A DNA stretch of 64,000 nucleotides from Malacoraja senta (lineage: Eukaryota). The position numbers and the translations under genes were made by a program. This document shows, one piece after another, positions 12,598-25,777 of this stretch (position 1 is its first letter; the number at the start of each line of letters is the position of its first letter). A model generated the notes under the pieces. It had not been told where the DNA came from, did not search any database, and saw nothing but the letters and a program-made list of their open reading frames with translations. The stretch covers positions 26,414,001-26,478,000 of the forward strand of contig CM075987.1 in assembly GCA_038087875.1 (NCBI GenBank). Direction: 5' to 3'.

Positions 12598-13494
12598 TCC
12601 CGCCCGCGGCGACTCTTTACGCAACAAAAGTGAATTTCACTGTACTTAGTTGGGTGCTTGTGACTATAAAGTTTTCTCCCTCCTTCCCCTCCCCAGCTCT
12701 TCCACAGCCCACTGTCTCCGCCTCTTCCTTTCCTCTTCCCGCCCCCCCCCCACCACATCAGAAGAAGGGTCTTGACCCGAAACATCACCTTCGCTCCATA
12801 GATGCTGCCTCACCCGCTGAGTTTCTCCAGCATCTGCAGTTCTTTCGTAAACATAAAGTTTAATTGAATCATTGAATATTGCACCATTCTGAAGAGGTAA
12901 CCAAGTTATTTAATATCTTACTTCACTGTCTCTATGGTGACACGTCACAGTGACATTTTATGTTTTGCACACCCAGTGTATGCGAATAGTCGCTACATAA
13001 AGGACACCGACAAAGTTTCAATGCCAGGTCCCCCATTGTTCAACCCCCCTCCCCCCTTCCCTTCCCCCTCCCTCACGGCAGATCTTCCATTTAAAAGTAT
13101 TTAAAAAGTATTTAAAATACTTCAAAGGTGGTTAATTAGCTGCCAAGTATTTGTGTGGCTCTGAGGTCATTAAAAGTGCTACATTGACAGAAATATTAAT
13201 TTATTTCAAATTGATATCAATTACTCCTGCTGTGTGTGACATATTTTAAATTACACGTCCAGTGTAGCCAATTTACTGGGAATTAGTTTGCTTCCAATTC
13301 AAAGGCTTATCTGACTATGGGTGGAAATTTCCTCCTCTGTTCAACGTGCCAACAATATGATATGGCAGCAAATGTGAATTGGATTTCATTTCTAAAATTC
13401 AGTATCATTTCCACCCTTGTCCCTTGGAAATGTCCTTGAGACGTGTAAGAAGAGTTGGAAATCTGGAAAGCCATGTGTCCATTTCTTTCGAAGA

Positions 13495-14237
13495 TAAGAC
13501 ACAAAAAGTTGGATGTAACTCAGAGGGGACACGCAGCGTCTCTGGAGGCAAAAGAATAGGTGACGTTTCCGGTCGAGACCCTTCTTCACACTGAGAGTCA
13601 GGGGAAAGTCAGGGGAAATGAGAGATATAGACGATGATGTAGAGAGATAAAGAACAATGAATGAAAGACATGCAAAAAAGTAACGATGATGAAGGAAACA
13701 GGCCGTTGTTAGCTGTTTGTCGCGTGAAAACGAGAAGTTAGTGCAACTTGGGTGGGAGAGGGATAGAGAGAGAGGCAATGCCGGGGTTACCCGGCAATAT
13801 TCATGCCACTGGGATCTAAGCTGCCCAAACAAATTATGTTGTTCCTCCAATTTGCATTTGGCCTCACTCTGACAATGGAGGAGGCCTAGGACAGAAAGGC
13901 CAGCATGGGAATGGGAAGGAGATTTAAAGTGTTGAGTAACCGGGAGATCAGGTAGGTCCAGGCGGACTGAGCGAAGGTGTTCAGCGAAACGATCGCCCAG
14001 TCTACATTTGGCCTCGCCGATGTACAAGAGTCCATATCTTGAAAAATGGATACAGTAGATGAGGTTGGAGGTAGACAAAAACGCTGGAGAAACTCAGCGG
14101 GTGCGGCAGCATCTATGGAGCGAAGGAAATAGGCAACATTTCGGGCCGAAACCCTTCTTCAGACTGATGAGGTTGGAGGAAGTGTAAGTGAATTTCTGCC
14201 TAACCTGAAAGCACTGTGGGGGTCCCTGGACAGAGAG
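13495..14237 (-). mobile_element. Penelope-like element 3' portion (GIY-YIG plus pLTR) with a nested pLTR insertion near 14070-14165
   Basis: SNLIYCIHFSRYGLLYIGEAKCRLGDRFAEHLRSV...LEEQH. The segment gatgaggttggagg is duplicated around the nested piece. Confidence 0.85.
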
Positions 14238-14964
14238 TTCTTTCCACAGAAGGTACACAAAAATGCTGGAGAAACTCAGCGGGTGCAGCAGCACCTATGG
14301 AGCGAAGGAAATAGGCAACGTTCTTTCCACAGATGCTGCCTGGCCGGCGGAGTTTCTCCAGCACTGTTTTTTTTGGAAGGATTCATGCTTAGCTCTACCT
14401 ATTAAACCTGTTATTTGCCAATTCTAATCTCTCGCCTCCCAAAGGTTACCACATACAGTATAGTAATTGATTGAAATACACAGGCCCTTTGTCCCACCAA
14501 TTTGAGCATCCATTCACACCACTTCTGTGTTTCCCACCTCCACATCCATTCCCTTCACACTGGGGTCAATTTACAGAGGCCAATAATCTCCAAACCCGCA
14601 GGATTTTGGATTGTGTGAGGAAACCGCAGTACCCAAAAGAAACGCATGCAGTCACATAGAAAATCGGTGCAGGAGTAGGCCATTCGGCCCCTTCGAGCCA
14701 GCACTGCCATTTAATATGATCATGGCTGATCATCCAAAATCAGTACCCCGTTCTTGGTTTCTCCCCATATCATTTCATTCCGTTAGCCCTAAGAGCTATA
14801 TCTGACTCTCTCTTGAATATATCACAGGGAGAACGTGCAAACTCCACACAGTCGGCACCCGAGGCCAGGTCTCTGGCACTGTGAGGCAGTACTTCTACGA
14901 GTTGCTTCATGGTGCCATCCCAGAAACTGAGGTGAGAATCAACAAAGTTCTCAAAACCTGGGCC

Positions 14965-15252
14965 AAGCGGTAGAGTTGCTGCCTCACAGCGCCAGAGACC
15001 CGGGTTCGCTCCCAACTGCTGTCTGCACGGAGTTTGTATGTTCTCCCCGTGACCTGCGTGGGTTTTCTCCGGGATCTACGGTTTCCTCCCACAATCCAAA
15101 GATTGTACAGGTTTGCATGTTATTTGGCCTTCGGTAAATGTTGTAAATTGTCCCCAGAGCGTGTAGGATAATGTTAGTGTGCGATGAGCGTTGGTCGGCG
15201 CGGACTCGGTGGGCTGAAGGGTGTATTTCCGCACTGTATCTCTCAACTAAAC
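14965..15252 (+). mobile_element. HE1/V-SINE-like SINE
   Basis: Matches the SINE consensus. Confidence 0.83.
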
Positions 15253-15345
15253 TAATGTTTCCACTGGTGGGAGAGACAAGGATCAGAGGACACAGCCTCA
15301 GAATTAAAGGACCTTCCTTTGGGAAGGAGATGAGGAGGAATTTAT

Positions 15346-16290
15346 TGCAGATGATACTAAGATAGGTGGTGTTGTGGATAATGAAGTAGATTTTCAAAGT
15401 CTACAGAGAGATTTAGGCCATTTGGAAGAGTGGGCTGAAAGATGGCAGATGGAGTTTAATGCTGACAAATGTGAGGTGCTACATCTCGGCAGGACAAATC
15501 AAAATAGGACGTACACGGTAAATGGTAGCGAATTGAGGAATGCAGTTGAACAGAGGGATCTAGGAATAACTGTGCATAGTTCCCTGAAGGTGGAATCTCA
15601 TGTAGATAGGGTGGTAAAGAAAGCTTTTGGTGTGCTGGCCTTTATAAATCAGAGCATTGAATATAGAAGTTGGGATGTAATGTTAAAATTGTACAAGGCA
15701 TTGGTGAGGCCAATTCTGGAGTATGGAGTACAATTTTGGTCGCCTAATTATAGGAAGGATGTCAACAAAATAGAGAGAGTACAGAGGAGATTTACTAGAA
15801 TGTTGCGTGGGTTTCAGCAACTAAGTTACAGAGAAAGGTTGAACAAGTTAGGTCTTTATTCTTTGGAGCGCAGAAGGTTAAGAGGGGACTTGATAGAGGT
15901 CTTTAAAATGATGAGCGGGTTAGACAGAGTGGACGTGGATAAGCTTTTCCCATTGAGAGTAGGGAAGATTCAAACAAGGGGACATGACTTGAGAATTAAG
16001 GGACAGAAGTTTAGGGGGAACATTAGGGGGAACTTCTTTACTCAGAGAGTGGTAGCTGTGTGGAATGAGCTTCCAGTGGAAGTGGTGGAGGCAGGTTCGA
16101 TGTTATCCTTTAAAAATAGATTGGATGGGTATATGGACGGGAAAGGAATGGAGGGTTATGGTCTGAGTGCAGGTAGATGGGACTAGGGGGAAGTATTTTA
16201 TTTTTAATTTAAAAAAAAAAAAAAATTAAATGTTCGGCACGGACTTGAAGGGCCGAGATGGCCTGTTTCCGTGCTGTTATGGTTATGTGT
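15346..16290 (+). mobile_element. Young 5'-truncated CR1/HER1 LINE nested in another CR1 fragment
   Basis: Uninterrupted 270-aa ORF (15374-16186) covering the RT C-terminus: WQMEFNADKCEVLHLG, LYKALVRPILEYGVQFWSP, FFTQRVVAVWNELP. Confidence 0.92.
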
Positions 16291-19040
16291 TATATGAATC
16301 AGAGGGTGGTGAATCTGTGGAATTCTTTGCCTCAGAGGCTGTGGAAATGTGGCCAAGTCAATGGAAATGTTTACAGCAGAGATTGACAGATTCTTGATTA
16401 GTGTGGGTGTCAAGGGTTATGGGAAGAAGGCAGGAGAATGGGGTTAGGAGGGACAGATCAGCCGTAATCGAATGGCGGAGAGAACAATGGGCCGAATGGC
16501 CTAATTCTGCTCCTATAACTTATGGACGTATGGATGTAAAAAAATGAAATTTAATATTCTGCCGTTGCCCTGCAGATTGCAGCAATGTAAAAATAAAATC
16601 TTGAGAGATTATTGCAGTTACTTGGGCTCCCGAGGGAGATATACTTTTTCAGAACTCTTCTCTCAGCTGGCAACCATTCATCCATGCACAGTTATGGGGG
16701 CATTACTTTGCTGTGCGGGACTGCTGTGAAAATCCCAGAACCTCATCCCTTCTGGTCTCACATCCCTGCCAAGAGATGAGGCAGCTGCGGAGAATCGGAA
16801 TATGGAAAAAGGCGGTGAAATGGTGAAAATATTAAACCTAATGTGCGGGAAGGAACTGCAGATGCTGGTTCAAACTGAAGATAGACACAAAAAGCTGGAG
16901 TAACTCGGCGGGACATCTCTGGAGAGAAGGGATGGGTGACGTTTCTAGTCGAGACCCTTCTCCAGACCAGTTATGGAGAAGGGCAACGAGAGATATAGTT
17001 GATGATATTGAGAGATAGAGAACAACAGACAATAAACAATAGGTGCAGGAGTAGGCCATTCGGCCCTTCGAGCCAGCAACGCCATTCAATGTGATGATGG
17101 CTGATCATCCCCAATCAGTACCCCGTTCCTGCCTTCTCCCCATATCCCCCGACTCCGCTATCTATGAATGAAACGTCTGCCAAAAACACAGGTCTCCAAT
17201 AACCGAGTCTGAAGAAGGGTCTCGACCCAAAACGTCACCCATTCCTTCTCTCCAGAGATGCTGCCTGTCCCGCTGAGTTACTCCAGCATTTTGTGTCCAT
17301 CTTCACAATGCTGGATCTGCACTAGGGGGATGCCAAGCTACAAAGATGTTTGCTTGCAAGAGAGAGAAAAAAAATAATATTTAATGCCCTTTGCTTTCCA
17401 CAAAATCTCATGCTTGTCAGTCAGTGTTCATGTGCACGTTAGGATTTGATATTAATATTCTAATACTTATGTACAATTAATTACTTTGATGTGTGTTTAT
17501 TGCTGTCCTGCAGGAAAAGATGGTGAGAAGGGGCTCGTGTTGTCGACCTCCTCGTGGCGAACCCTGTCAACTGACCTCAGTAAGGCGAACGGCAGCAAAC
17601 AGAGACAACAGCAGCAGCACCGCAGCTTGGCGCCAACCGCAGCATGCGCCCTTTATAAAGGCAGGCACCTACGGATGTCGAACCGGATGGCATCACCCTG
17701 CCGCAGACTTCTGCTGCCTCAAACGCAAGAAGAAGATGGTGAGAATTTAGCGTTGTTTCCTTCAGTTTAGAGACTCAGCTTTAAGTAATTGGCGACAATT
17801 GATCAAACAGAAAGCATAGCCTGTTCGCTGTGGGGACGTCTTTCGAAGTTTTTGATTTAAAGATACGTACAGCGTGGAAACGGGCCCTTCGGCCCACCGA
17901 GTCTGCGCTGTCCAGCGATCCCCGCACACTAACACCACACACTATTTACAATTTTACCAAGCCAATTAACCCACAAACATCCTCGGCATATGTGACAATA
18001 AATAAAACTAAAGGGGAAGAAGATTGGACTTTAACGCCTTCCATCACAGTGGGGAATGTGGGGAATCCACTGTGGTGGATGTTTATGTTAAATTTTATGC
18101 AGTTTTCTTGGTGCTTTTTTTCGTATGGCTGCATGGTAATTTGCCTATCCCTGTACCTTTGAAACCTTTGAACTAAACTCTTCAATTCTGGTGCAGTGAA
18201 ATCTAAATTATACTGGAATGGTTGCTTTGTTTAAGTTTAGAGATACAGCGCAGAAACAGGCGCTTCGGCCCTCCGGGTCTGCGCCGACTAACGATCCCCG
18301 CACACTAACACTATCCTACACGCACTAGGGACAATTTACAGCATTCCTTCTCTCCAGAGATGCTGCCTGTCCCGCTGAGTTACTCCAGCATTTTGTGTCT
18401 ACCAGGAGGACAATTTTACATTTACACCAAGCCAATTAACCTACAAACATGTACGTCTTTGGAGTGTGGGAGGAAACCGGAGATCCCGGGGAAAACCCAC
18501 GCAGGTCCCGGGGAGAACGTACAAACTCCGACGAGATAGCGCCCGTAGTCGGGATCGAACCCGGGTCTCTGGCGCTGTGAGGCAGCAACTCTACTGCTGC
18601 ACCACCATTCCTCATGAAGTTTGTTTTCAGCGCCTGATCTGAAGGCCATATGTAACACCAGCAAGTTTTCCCAGATGGATTATACCTCTCCAGTCCCCAG
18701 GGGCAGCTTTAAATGTTCCCTCTTTCTTTTATCCCTTAGTTTGCAACTAGTCTTGCTCCCTTGGGCTGCACGGTATCTGTGTTGTCTACTGCCTCTCCTG
18801 CGGAACAATTCTGCTGATACTTCACACCTTGCAAGGTCTGAAGGCAACTCAGGAGTGATGAAATGGTGACTATGTGTGGCCTTCAGTCAGTCTACGAAAT
18901 TGTCAATTTTACTCCCTCTGTGAAATTTAACCTCAGTGCTTCTGCACTATGATGCAGAGACCGTAACTGACCAGAGTCTGCTGTTTCCTTGCGAGGTGCT
19001 TAAGATTCTGAAACGTCAGCTGCGGTGAAACTATTACAGT

Positions 19041-19338
19041 GGGCGGCACGGTGGCGCAGCGGTAGAGTTGCTGCCTCACAGCGCCAGAGACCCGGGTTCG
19101 ATCACGACTACGGGTGCTGCCTGTACGGAGTTTGTACGTTCTCCCCGTGACCTGCGTGGGTTTTCCCCGGGATCTCCGGTTTTCCTCCCACACTCCAAAG
19201 ACGTGCAGGTTTGTAGGTTAATTGGCTTCTGTAAAAATGTAAATTGTCCCTAGTGTGTGTTGGATAGTGCGAGTGTGCAGGGTGATCACTGGTCAGTGCA
19301 GACTCGGTGGGCCGAAGGGCCTGTTTCTGTGCTGTATC
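19041..19338 (+). mobile_element. HE1/V-SINE-like SINE, full length
   Basis: gggcggcacggtggcgcagcggtagag head with A and B boxes, V-like core, gggccgaagggcctgtttc tail. Confidence 0.9.
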
Positions 19339-19544
19339 ACCCCCAGTGGCATGAAACCTTCAGTACTAGTTGGAGTTCAGGAACTCAATTCATTTGGATT
19401 CTTTGCTCCAATGTACAATACCTTTTGTGCAATTTAGATAGATTTAGAGAAATAACTGAAGATCTTTTAGTTTAGCAGACATGGAGGGCCAAAGGGACCT
19501 TTCCTTTGCTGTAATGTTCTATGTTCAATCAAATCGTACAATGG

Positions 19545-20468
19545 TGCTTCTGGGCATCATGTTATTGGAAAGATATTGTCAAGCTTGAAAGGGTTCAGAG
19601 AAGATTTACAAGGATGTTGCCAGGACTAGAGGGTGTGAGCTATAGGGAGAGGTTGAGTAGGCTGGGTCTCTATTCCATGGAGTGCAGGAGGATGAGGGGA
19701 TATCTTATAGAGGTGTACAAAATCATGAGAGGAATAGATCGGGTAGATGCACAGAGACCTTTTGCTCAGAGTAGGGGAATCGATGACCAGACGACATAGG
19801 TTCAAGGTGAAGGGGAAAAGATTTAATAGGAATCCGAGGGGTAACTTTTTCACAAGCTGCCAGAGGAGGTAGTTGAGGCCCATTGTTTAAGAAACAGTTA
19901 GACAGGTACATGGATAGGACAGGTTTGGAGGGTTACGGACCAAGCGCAGGCAAGTGGGACTAGTGTAGATGGGACATTGTTGGCCGGTATGGGTGAGTTG
20001 GGCCGAAGGGCCTGTTTCCACACTGTATCACTCTATGACTCTATGTGAATGACATCTTGTGAATCAATTATTCATTACATGTGGAGCTTAGAAGAAGGGG
20101 GGAAACATACAGAATAGTGAAAGGCTTGGATAGAGTGGATGTGGTGAAGATGTTTCCACTAGTGGGAGAGTCTGGGACTAGAGGTCATAGCCTCAGAATT
20201 AAAGGACGTTCTGTTAGGAAGGAGATGAGGAGAAGCATGATGGTGAATCTGTGGAATCCTTTGCCACAGAAAGTTGTGGAGGCCAAGTCAATGGATATCT
20301 TCAAGGCAGAGATAGATAGATTCTTGATTAGTACGGGTGTCAGGGGTTATGGGGAGAAGGCAGGAGAATGGGGTTAGGAGGGAGAGATAGATCAGCCATG
20401 ATTGAATGGCGGGGTAGACTTGACGGGCCGAATGGCCTAATTCTACTCCTATCACTTATGACCTTATG
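19545..20468 (+). mobile_element. Two adjacent CR1-type LINE 3' fragments
   Basis: [16 protein letters not shown] and TRGHSLRIKG motifs. Tails ctatgactct and cttatgac. Confidence 0.85.
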
Positions 20469-21698
20469 GAAGGGATTTTCATTTGCATTGTTAGCAGCAG
20501 AAATCAACCTGATTTCCAAAGCCTTCATCTCCTGATTCACAGGGGAAGGCTGATAGCCAGAGTATGGCATTAATTGGAAGACATTTAAACCATCTCACCC
20601 ATAGATGGCAGCCCAATTCAGCGATCAAGCAAGCCCAAAGTCAAGCAATGTTTCAATCTCAGATAGACACAAAACGCTGGAGTAGCTCAGCGGGTCAGGC
20701 AGCATCTCTGGAGAAACGGAATGAGTGATGTTTTGGGTCGAGACTTTCAGAAGAAGGGTCTCGACCTGAAACGTCATCCATTCTTTTTCTCCAGAGACGC
20801 TGCCTGTCCCGCTGAGTTACTCCAGCACTCCATGTCTCTCTGTGGTTTAGAGTAGGATCAGTTTTATAACCGGTGCTGGTAGTCGGTGTGGACACAGCCT
20901 ATCACCGGTTTAAACCAGCATCTGCGGTTCCTTCCAACGCAACGCACAATGTTTCAATCTCTGCACTTTTTATGAAAGTAGTGCATTTACAAATCTTGCA
21001 TCGTTATCCCACAAACACTCAGTGTGACAGTAAGCTAATAACCTTCTCTCCTGCACAGTTTTGCAGTGTTCATCCCTAGTGTGAGTAGGACAGTGTGAGT
21101 GTGCGGGGATGGCTGGTCGGTTAGGACGAAAGTTCAGAGCCACTGTTTCCGCGCAGTAGCTCTGAACTAAACTATAGTCTTCCGCGGAAGGTAAACCAAT
21201 CGATTCGTATTGGATTAGGACTGGGGTCCCAGAGGTGAAAGGTGAGCTAGACTCATCAACCATCATCTTAATCCCCTGAACAGATAGTCGTTTTAACAAT
21301 GATGCATTGTACAATTAATTCTTCTCCTGCCACTGATAAGTACCAGCAGTAATTGATACTTATTCTGTTTGCGATTGAAATCCCCTTTATGCTCTGACGC
21401 AGCAAAAATGGTTAATCCAGCTGCCAATTGAGTGTAAAAACAATACCATTCAACATCTGCTGGCGAAGATCATTGTTTGTCTTTTGCTGCACATGGTGGC
21501 GCAGCGGTAGAGTTGCTGCCTCACAGCGCCAGGGACCCGGGTTAGATCCCGACTATGGGTGCTGTCCGTTCGGAGTTTGTACGTTCTTCCCGTAACCTAG
21601 CGTGGGTTTTCTCCAGGTGCTCCGGTTTCCTCCCACATTCCGAAGATGTGCAGGATTGTAGGTTCATCGGCTTGGTATAAAAATGTAAAAATTGTCCC

Positions 21699-21743
<45 letters not shown>

Positions 21744-21748
21744 ATAGT

Positions 21749-21888
21749 TCTTCTTCTTCTTGCGTATGGCGTGCACAGCCTAAAGTTGTAAGACAACTTG
21801 TTCTATTTGATCTTCCGTTTGTGCACGCCAGGTTGATTGCATTCATCGAAACAGGGTGGACCACGTGAAGGTTGCAATCTCCCACACC
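21749..21888 (-). mobile_element. Second copy of the HDV-ribozyme-headed short retroposon, inserted in a SINE
   Basis: TSD ggatagt at 21742-21748 and 21891-21897. (TTC)n tail on +. Aligns over its full length with 50621-50760. Confidence 0.85.
21835..21888 (-). ncRNA. HDV-like ribozyme, probably inactivated copy
   Basis: GGTGTGG GA GATTGCA ACC TTCACGT GGT CCACCCT GT TTCGA TGAA TGCAATC. L3 is UUCACGU as in CPEB3. The catalytic C is T (CpG decay) and P1 has one mismatch. Confidence 0.75.
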
Positions 21889-21959
21889 AAGGATAGTGCT
21901 AATGTACTGGTCGGCGCGGACTCGGTGGGCCGAAGGACCTGTTTCTGCGCTGTATCTCT

Positions 21960-23906
21960 TTTTTTTTTCTTTTTTTTAAATTTTATTTATTAAAAGTAAA
22001 TACGTTACATTTTGATGGTACCTTTTTACAGGTTCCCAGAATTATTATAACATTCTTTGTACAACTTTCCTTTTTTTTTTTTTTAGAAAGAAAGAAATGA
22101 GAAAGAAAGAAGTAGTGAAGAGTAAAGGAAAGTCTAGTGAGTGTGAGGTAAAGAAAAGAAATAAGTAAGAAAGTGAAGCAGAAAGGAGATTCTCCCTCGC
22201 CACAAGTCAATGCTTTTTTATATTCTTGATCATTTTTCGCCCAAACCCAGAATTTTTTAATTTTACGATGCTATTGCACCACATGAATCCACAAGGTCAA
22301 TAAATGGAGACCAACTCGTTACGAATTGGTCTTGTTTATCTATTAGGAGGAGTCTCATTTCTTCCAAGTGGGCAGTTTCCAACATATTACCAATCCACAT
22401 TTTGAGTGTTGGTATAGTAGCATTTTTTCCAAAATTTAAGTATGAGTTTTTTTGCTGTTATTAAACCATAATTAAAAAATGAAATTTGGGATATATTTAA
22501 TTTGTTTCCATCTCCTATTACTCCGAAGATAATCATTTCCATATTAGGTTCCATTTTTATCTTAAATAAACTAGTGAATATATCAAATATATCACACCAA
22601 AATCCATGAAGTTTTGTGCAAGAAATGAAAGAATGTGTGATATTGGCATTTTGAGAAAGACATTTATCACAGATGGGAGAAATATTTGAATAAAATGTAT
22701 TCAACCTAACTTTTGAATAATATAATCTATGTAATATTTTAAATTGAATTAAATTATGTCTAGCGTTAATCGAACATTTATGTATATATATCAAATACCT
22801 TTCCCATGTTTCTTTAGAAATTGTTTTCATTCATGCTTTTTCCCAGTCTTCTCTAATTGCCTCTGTTGATGGCAGTTCTCTATTAAGAATACTATTATAT
22901 AAATATGATATTAATTTTTGTGAGTCCGCCTTAATATTCATTGCTTCTTCCAATGGGTCTATCATTATGCTCTGTAGTCTTGGTATATATATTTTTATAA
23001 AGTCACATATCTGTAAATATTTAAAGTATTGGTTATTATTCAGATTAAATTTTGATTTTAATTGTCGAAATGATAATAAATTTCCCATTTCATACATGTC
23101 ACCCACCTTTTTAATTCCCAATCTTTCCCATTGTCTATATGTTTTATCCATAAAAGATGGTTTAAATACCGGATTATTCACTATTGGTGTTAATGATGAT
23201 AAGTTCTTTAATTTTAAAGTTAATTTTATTTGTTTCCAAATTCGAATTATATTGTGTATAATTGGATTCTTCTTATATAATGTATTATTCAATTTTATCG
23301 GGGAGAAGAGGATCGCTCCTACATCGTACGGAAAACAATCCTCTTTCTCCATTCTTATCCATTCCATCTGTTGAGAAGGACAGTCCAACCAATAAATTAT
23401 ATTCTTAATATGCACTGCCCAATAATACATCTTTAGGTTTACACAAATGATTTATTTTAATTCCATGTGCTTTGTAGTCCCAAATAAAATTAGTAATATT
23501 AGAGTCTAGTTTAAAAAAAAATTATTTTGGTATATGTATTAGAAACATAGAAACATAGAAAGTAGGTGCGAGAGCAGACCACCAGGTCCATCGAGCCCGC
23601 ACCGCCATTCGCTCATGGCTGAACACCAAACAAACACCCCTACCCACAAACAGTAGACACAAGACACAGAACACAAGACACTACCCTCCCCTTTATACCG
23701 CTATCACCCCTCTCCACCCCAAGAACCGCGTGATCTCCTGGGGGAGGCAAAAAAACGGATAAAAACCCAGGTCCAATTCGGGAAAAAAATCCGGGAAATT
23801 GGAATGGATTGAGATAAATATATTATTTGTGGTAGAACTATCATTTTTATAGCATTTATTCTGCCAATTAATGATAGTGGGAGCGTTTTCCAAAATTTAA
23901 TCAGAG
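21960..23906 (-). mobile_element. L1-clade LINE, 5'-truncated and AT-rich, with poly(A) and a 15-bp TSD
   Basis: ORF2 C-terminus with YYWA, LIQFKILHRLYYS and CDKC...HSFISC zinc knuckle. Poly-T on + from 21960. TSD ctgcgctgtatctct at 21945-21959 and 23907-23921. Contains a CR1-like 3' insertion near 23541-23800. Confidence 0.9.
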
Positions 23907-24648
23907 CTGCGCTGTATCTCTAAACTAAACTAAACTAAATGTAACTGCCAATTGCGTGTGAAACTACACTGCCGGACATCTGCTGGGGTAGATCATGTTT
24001 ATTTTTGCTGGACAAGGTGTAATATGATAAGGTCCCACATAGGAGTTTAGTGGGGAAAATTAGGGCACATGGTATTGGGGGTAGAGTGCTGACATGGATA
24101 GAGACGTGGTTGGCAGACAGGAAACAGGAAACAAAGAGTAGGGATTAACGGGTCCCTTTCAGAATGGCCTACTCCTGCACCTATTGTCTATTGTCTATGA
24201 TGGCATACATTGGTTTGCTAATGTTGCATGCGTTGAAAAGCTGAGATGAGCAGAGATAGTCTATCTTCAGTGTAAACCAGCATCTGCAGTTCCTTCCTAC
24301 ACATTTCGTCTGCTCCACTGCGAAGTTCACCTCCCCTCTCGACGAGAGTTCTGTGACATCCTCCCTCGCTGCTCTTTGCCTCTCCTCATCACCGTCTCCA
24401 CCTCTCGTTTCCCTTATCCCTAACCGGTCTGAAGAAGGGTCTCGACCCAAAACGTCACCCGTTCCTTCTCTCCAGAGATGCTGCCTGTCCCGCTGAGTTA
24501 CTCCAGCATTTTGTGTCCATCTTCGGTGTAAACCGGCATCTGCAGTTCCTTCCAACACAGATATTTGTGTTGTGTTTGTTCAGCTTTCTGGCCGTGAGAA
24601 GCACTATTCTCCACCCTGACAGCACAGACAGATGACGATAGACAAAAG

Positions 24649-25022
24649 TGCTGGAGAAACTCAGCGGGTGCAGCAGCATCTATGGAGCGAAGGAAATAGG
24701 CAACGTTTCGGGACGAAACCCTTCCGGGTTTCAGCCTGAAACGTTACCTATTTCCTTCCTGAAGGGTTTCGGCCCGAAACGTTGCCTATTTCCTTCGCTC
24801 CATAGATGCTGCTGCACCCGCTGAGTTTCTCCAGCACTTTTGTCCACCTTCGATTATCCAGCATCTGCAGTTCCTTCTTAAACTCTTGGACAGATGATGA
24901 TAACTTATTATTGGCTCAATGTGTACTTTGTGGTTCGGTGGTAATAGCAGAGAGAAGTGCTTATTGGCTCAGTTGGAAGCCGCACAGTTGGTTACGATAA
25001 GGATCAGGTCGTTTGGCACTTC
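24649..25022 (+). mobile_element. Palindromic Penelope-pLTR mini-element with a ~140-bp tail
   Basis: Head-to-head pLTR arms followed by a tail shared with 41237-41372. Confidence 0.75.
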
Positions 25023-25749
25023 GCCAAGTTCCCAATTTGTCTTTATTTTGTTAACAAATACAACCCAGCGGTATGATTATGGATTTCTCTAACTTCAAGT
25101 AACCCTTGCATACTCTCCCTCTCCCTCTCCCTCTCCCTCCCCCCCTTCCCCCTCCCCACTCTTCCCCTCTCTCCCTCTCCCCCCCTCTCCCCCTCTCTCC
25201 CTCCCCCTCCCCACTCTCCCCCTCTCCCTCTCTCCCTCCCTCCATCCCAAACCCGAGTCATTGTACCTAATTATCACCGTCGCCCTGAACACAGACACAA
25301 AAAGCTGGGGTAACTCAGCGGGCCAGACAGCATCTCTGGAGAAATAGAATAGGTGACGTTTCGGATCGAGACCCTTCCTCAGACAGAGAGTCAGGGGAGA
25401 GGGTAACAAGAGATATAGAACACAAAGATCACAAAGACAGAATCTCAGTCTGAAGAAGGGTCTCCACCCAAAATGTCACCTATTCCTTCTCTCCAGAGAT
25501 ACTGCCTGACCCGCTGAGTTACTCCAGCATTTTGTGTCCATTGTAGGTGTAAACCAGCATCAGCGGATCCTTCCTACACGTCTCACTGTCGTCCTGTGGA
25601 GTCTCATTGTCTGTATAACACATTTTCACCTCGCCCAATGGACTCATCCCTTGATCATCGGTACTTTTTTTGCATCTTTCATTCATATGTTCTTTATCTC
25701 TCTTCATCACCGCCTATATCTCTCGTTTCCCTTTCCCCTCACTCTCAGT

Positions 25750-25777
25750 CTGAGGAAGGGTTTCGACCCGAAACGTC
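25750..25777 (+). ncRNA. Minimal hammerhead-ribozyme-like core in a Penelope pLTR (representative of many copies)
   Basis: CUGAGGA-A-GGGU(UUCG)ACCC-GAAA-CGUC. Stem I is only ~2 bp by eye. Confidence 0.6.

Larger units (their letters stand above)
21494..23939 (+). mobile_element. HE1-like SINE hosting nested insertions (ribozyme retroposon and L1)
   Basis: SINE head at 21494, expanded (GT)n at 21701-21740, 3' end at 21959, ctaaa tail resumes at 23922. Confidence 0.85.

Noticed and set aside
19041..19115. tRNA gene
   Set aside because: The tRNA-like A/B boxes are the head of a SINE that continues into body and tail in every copy.
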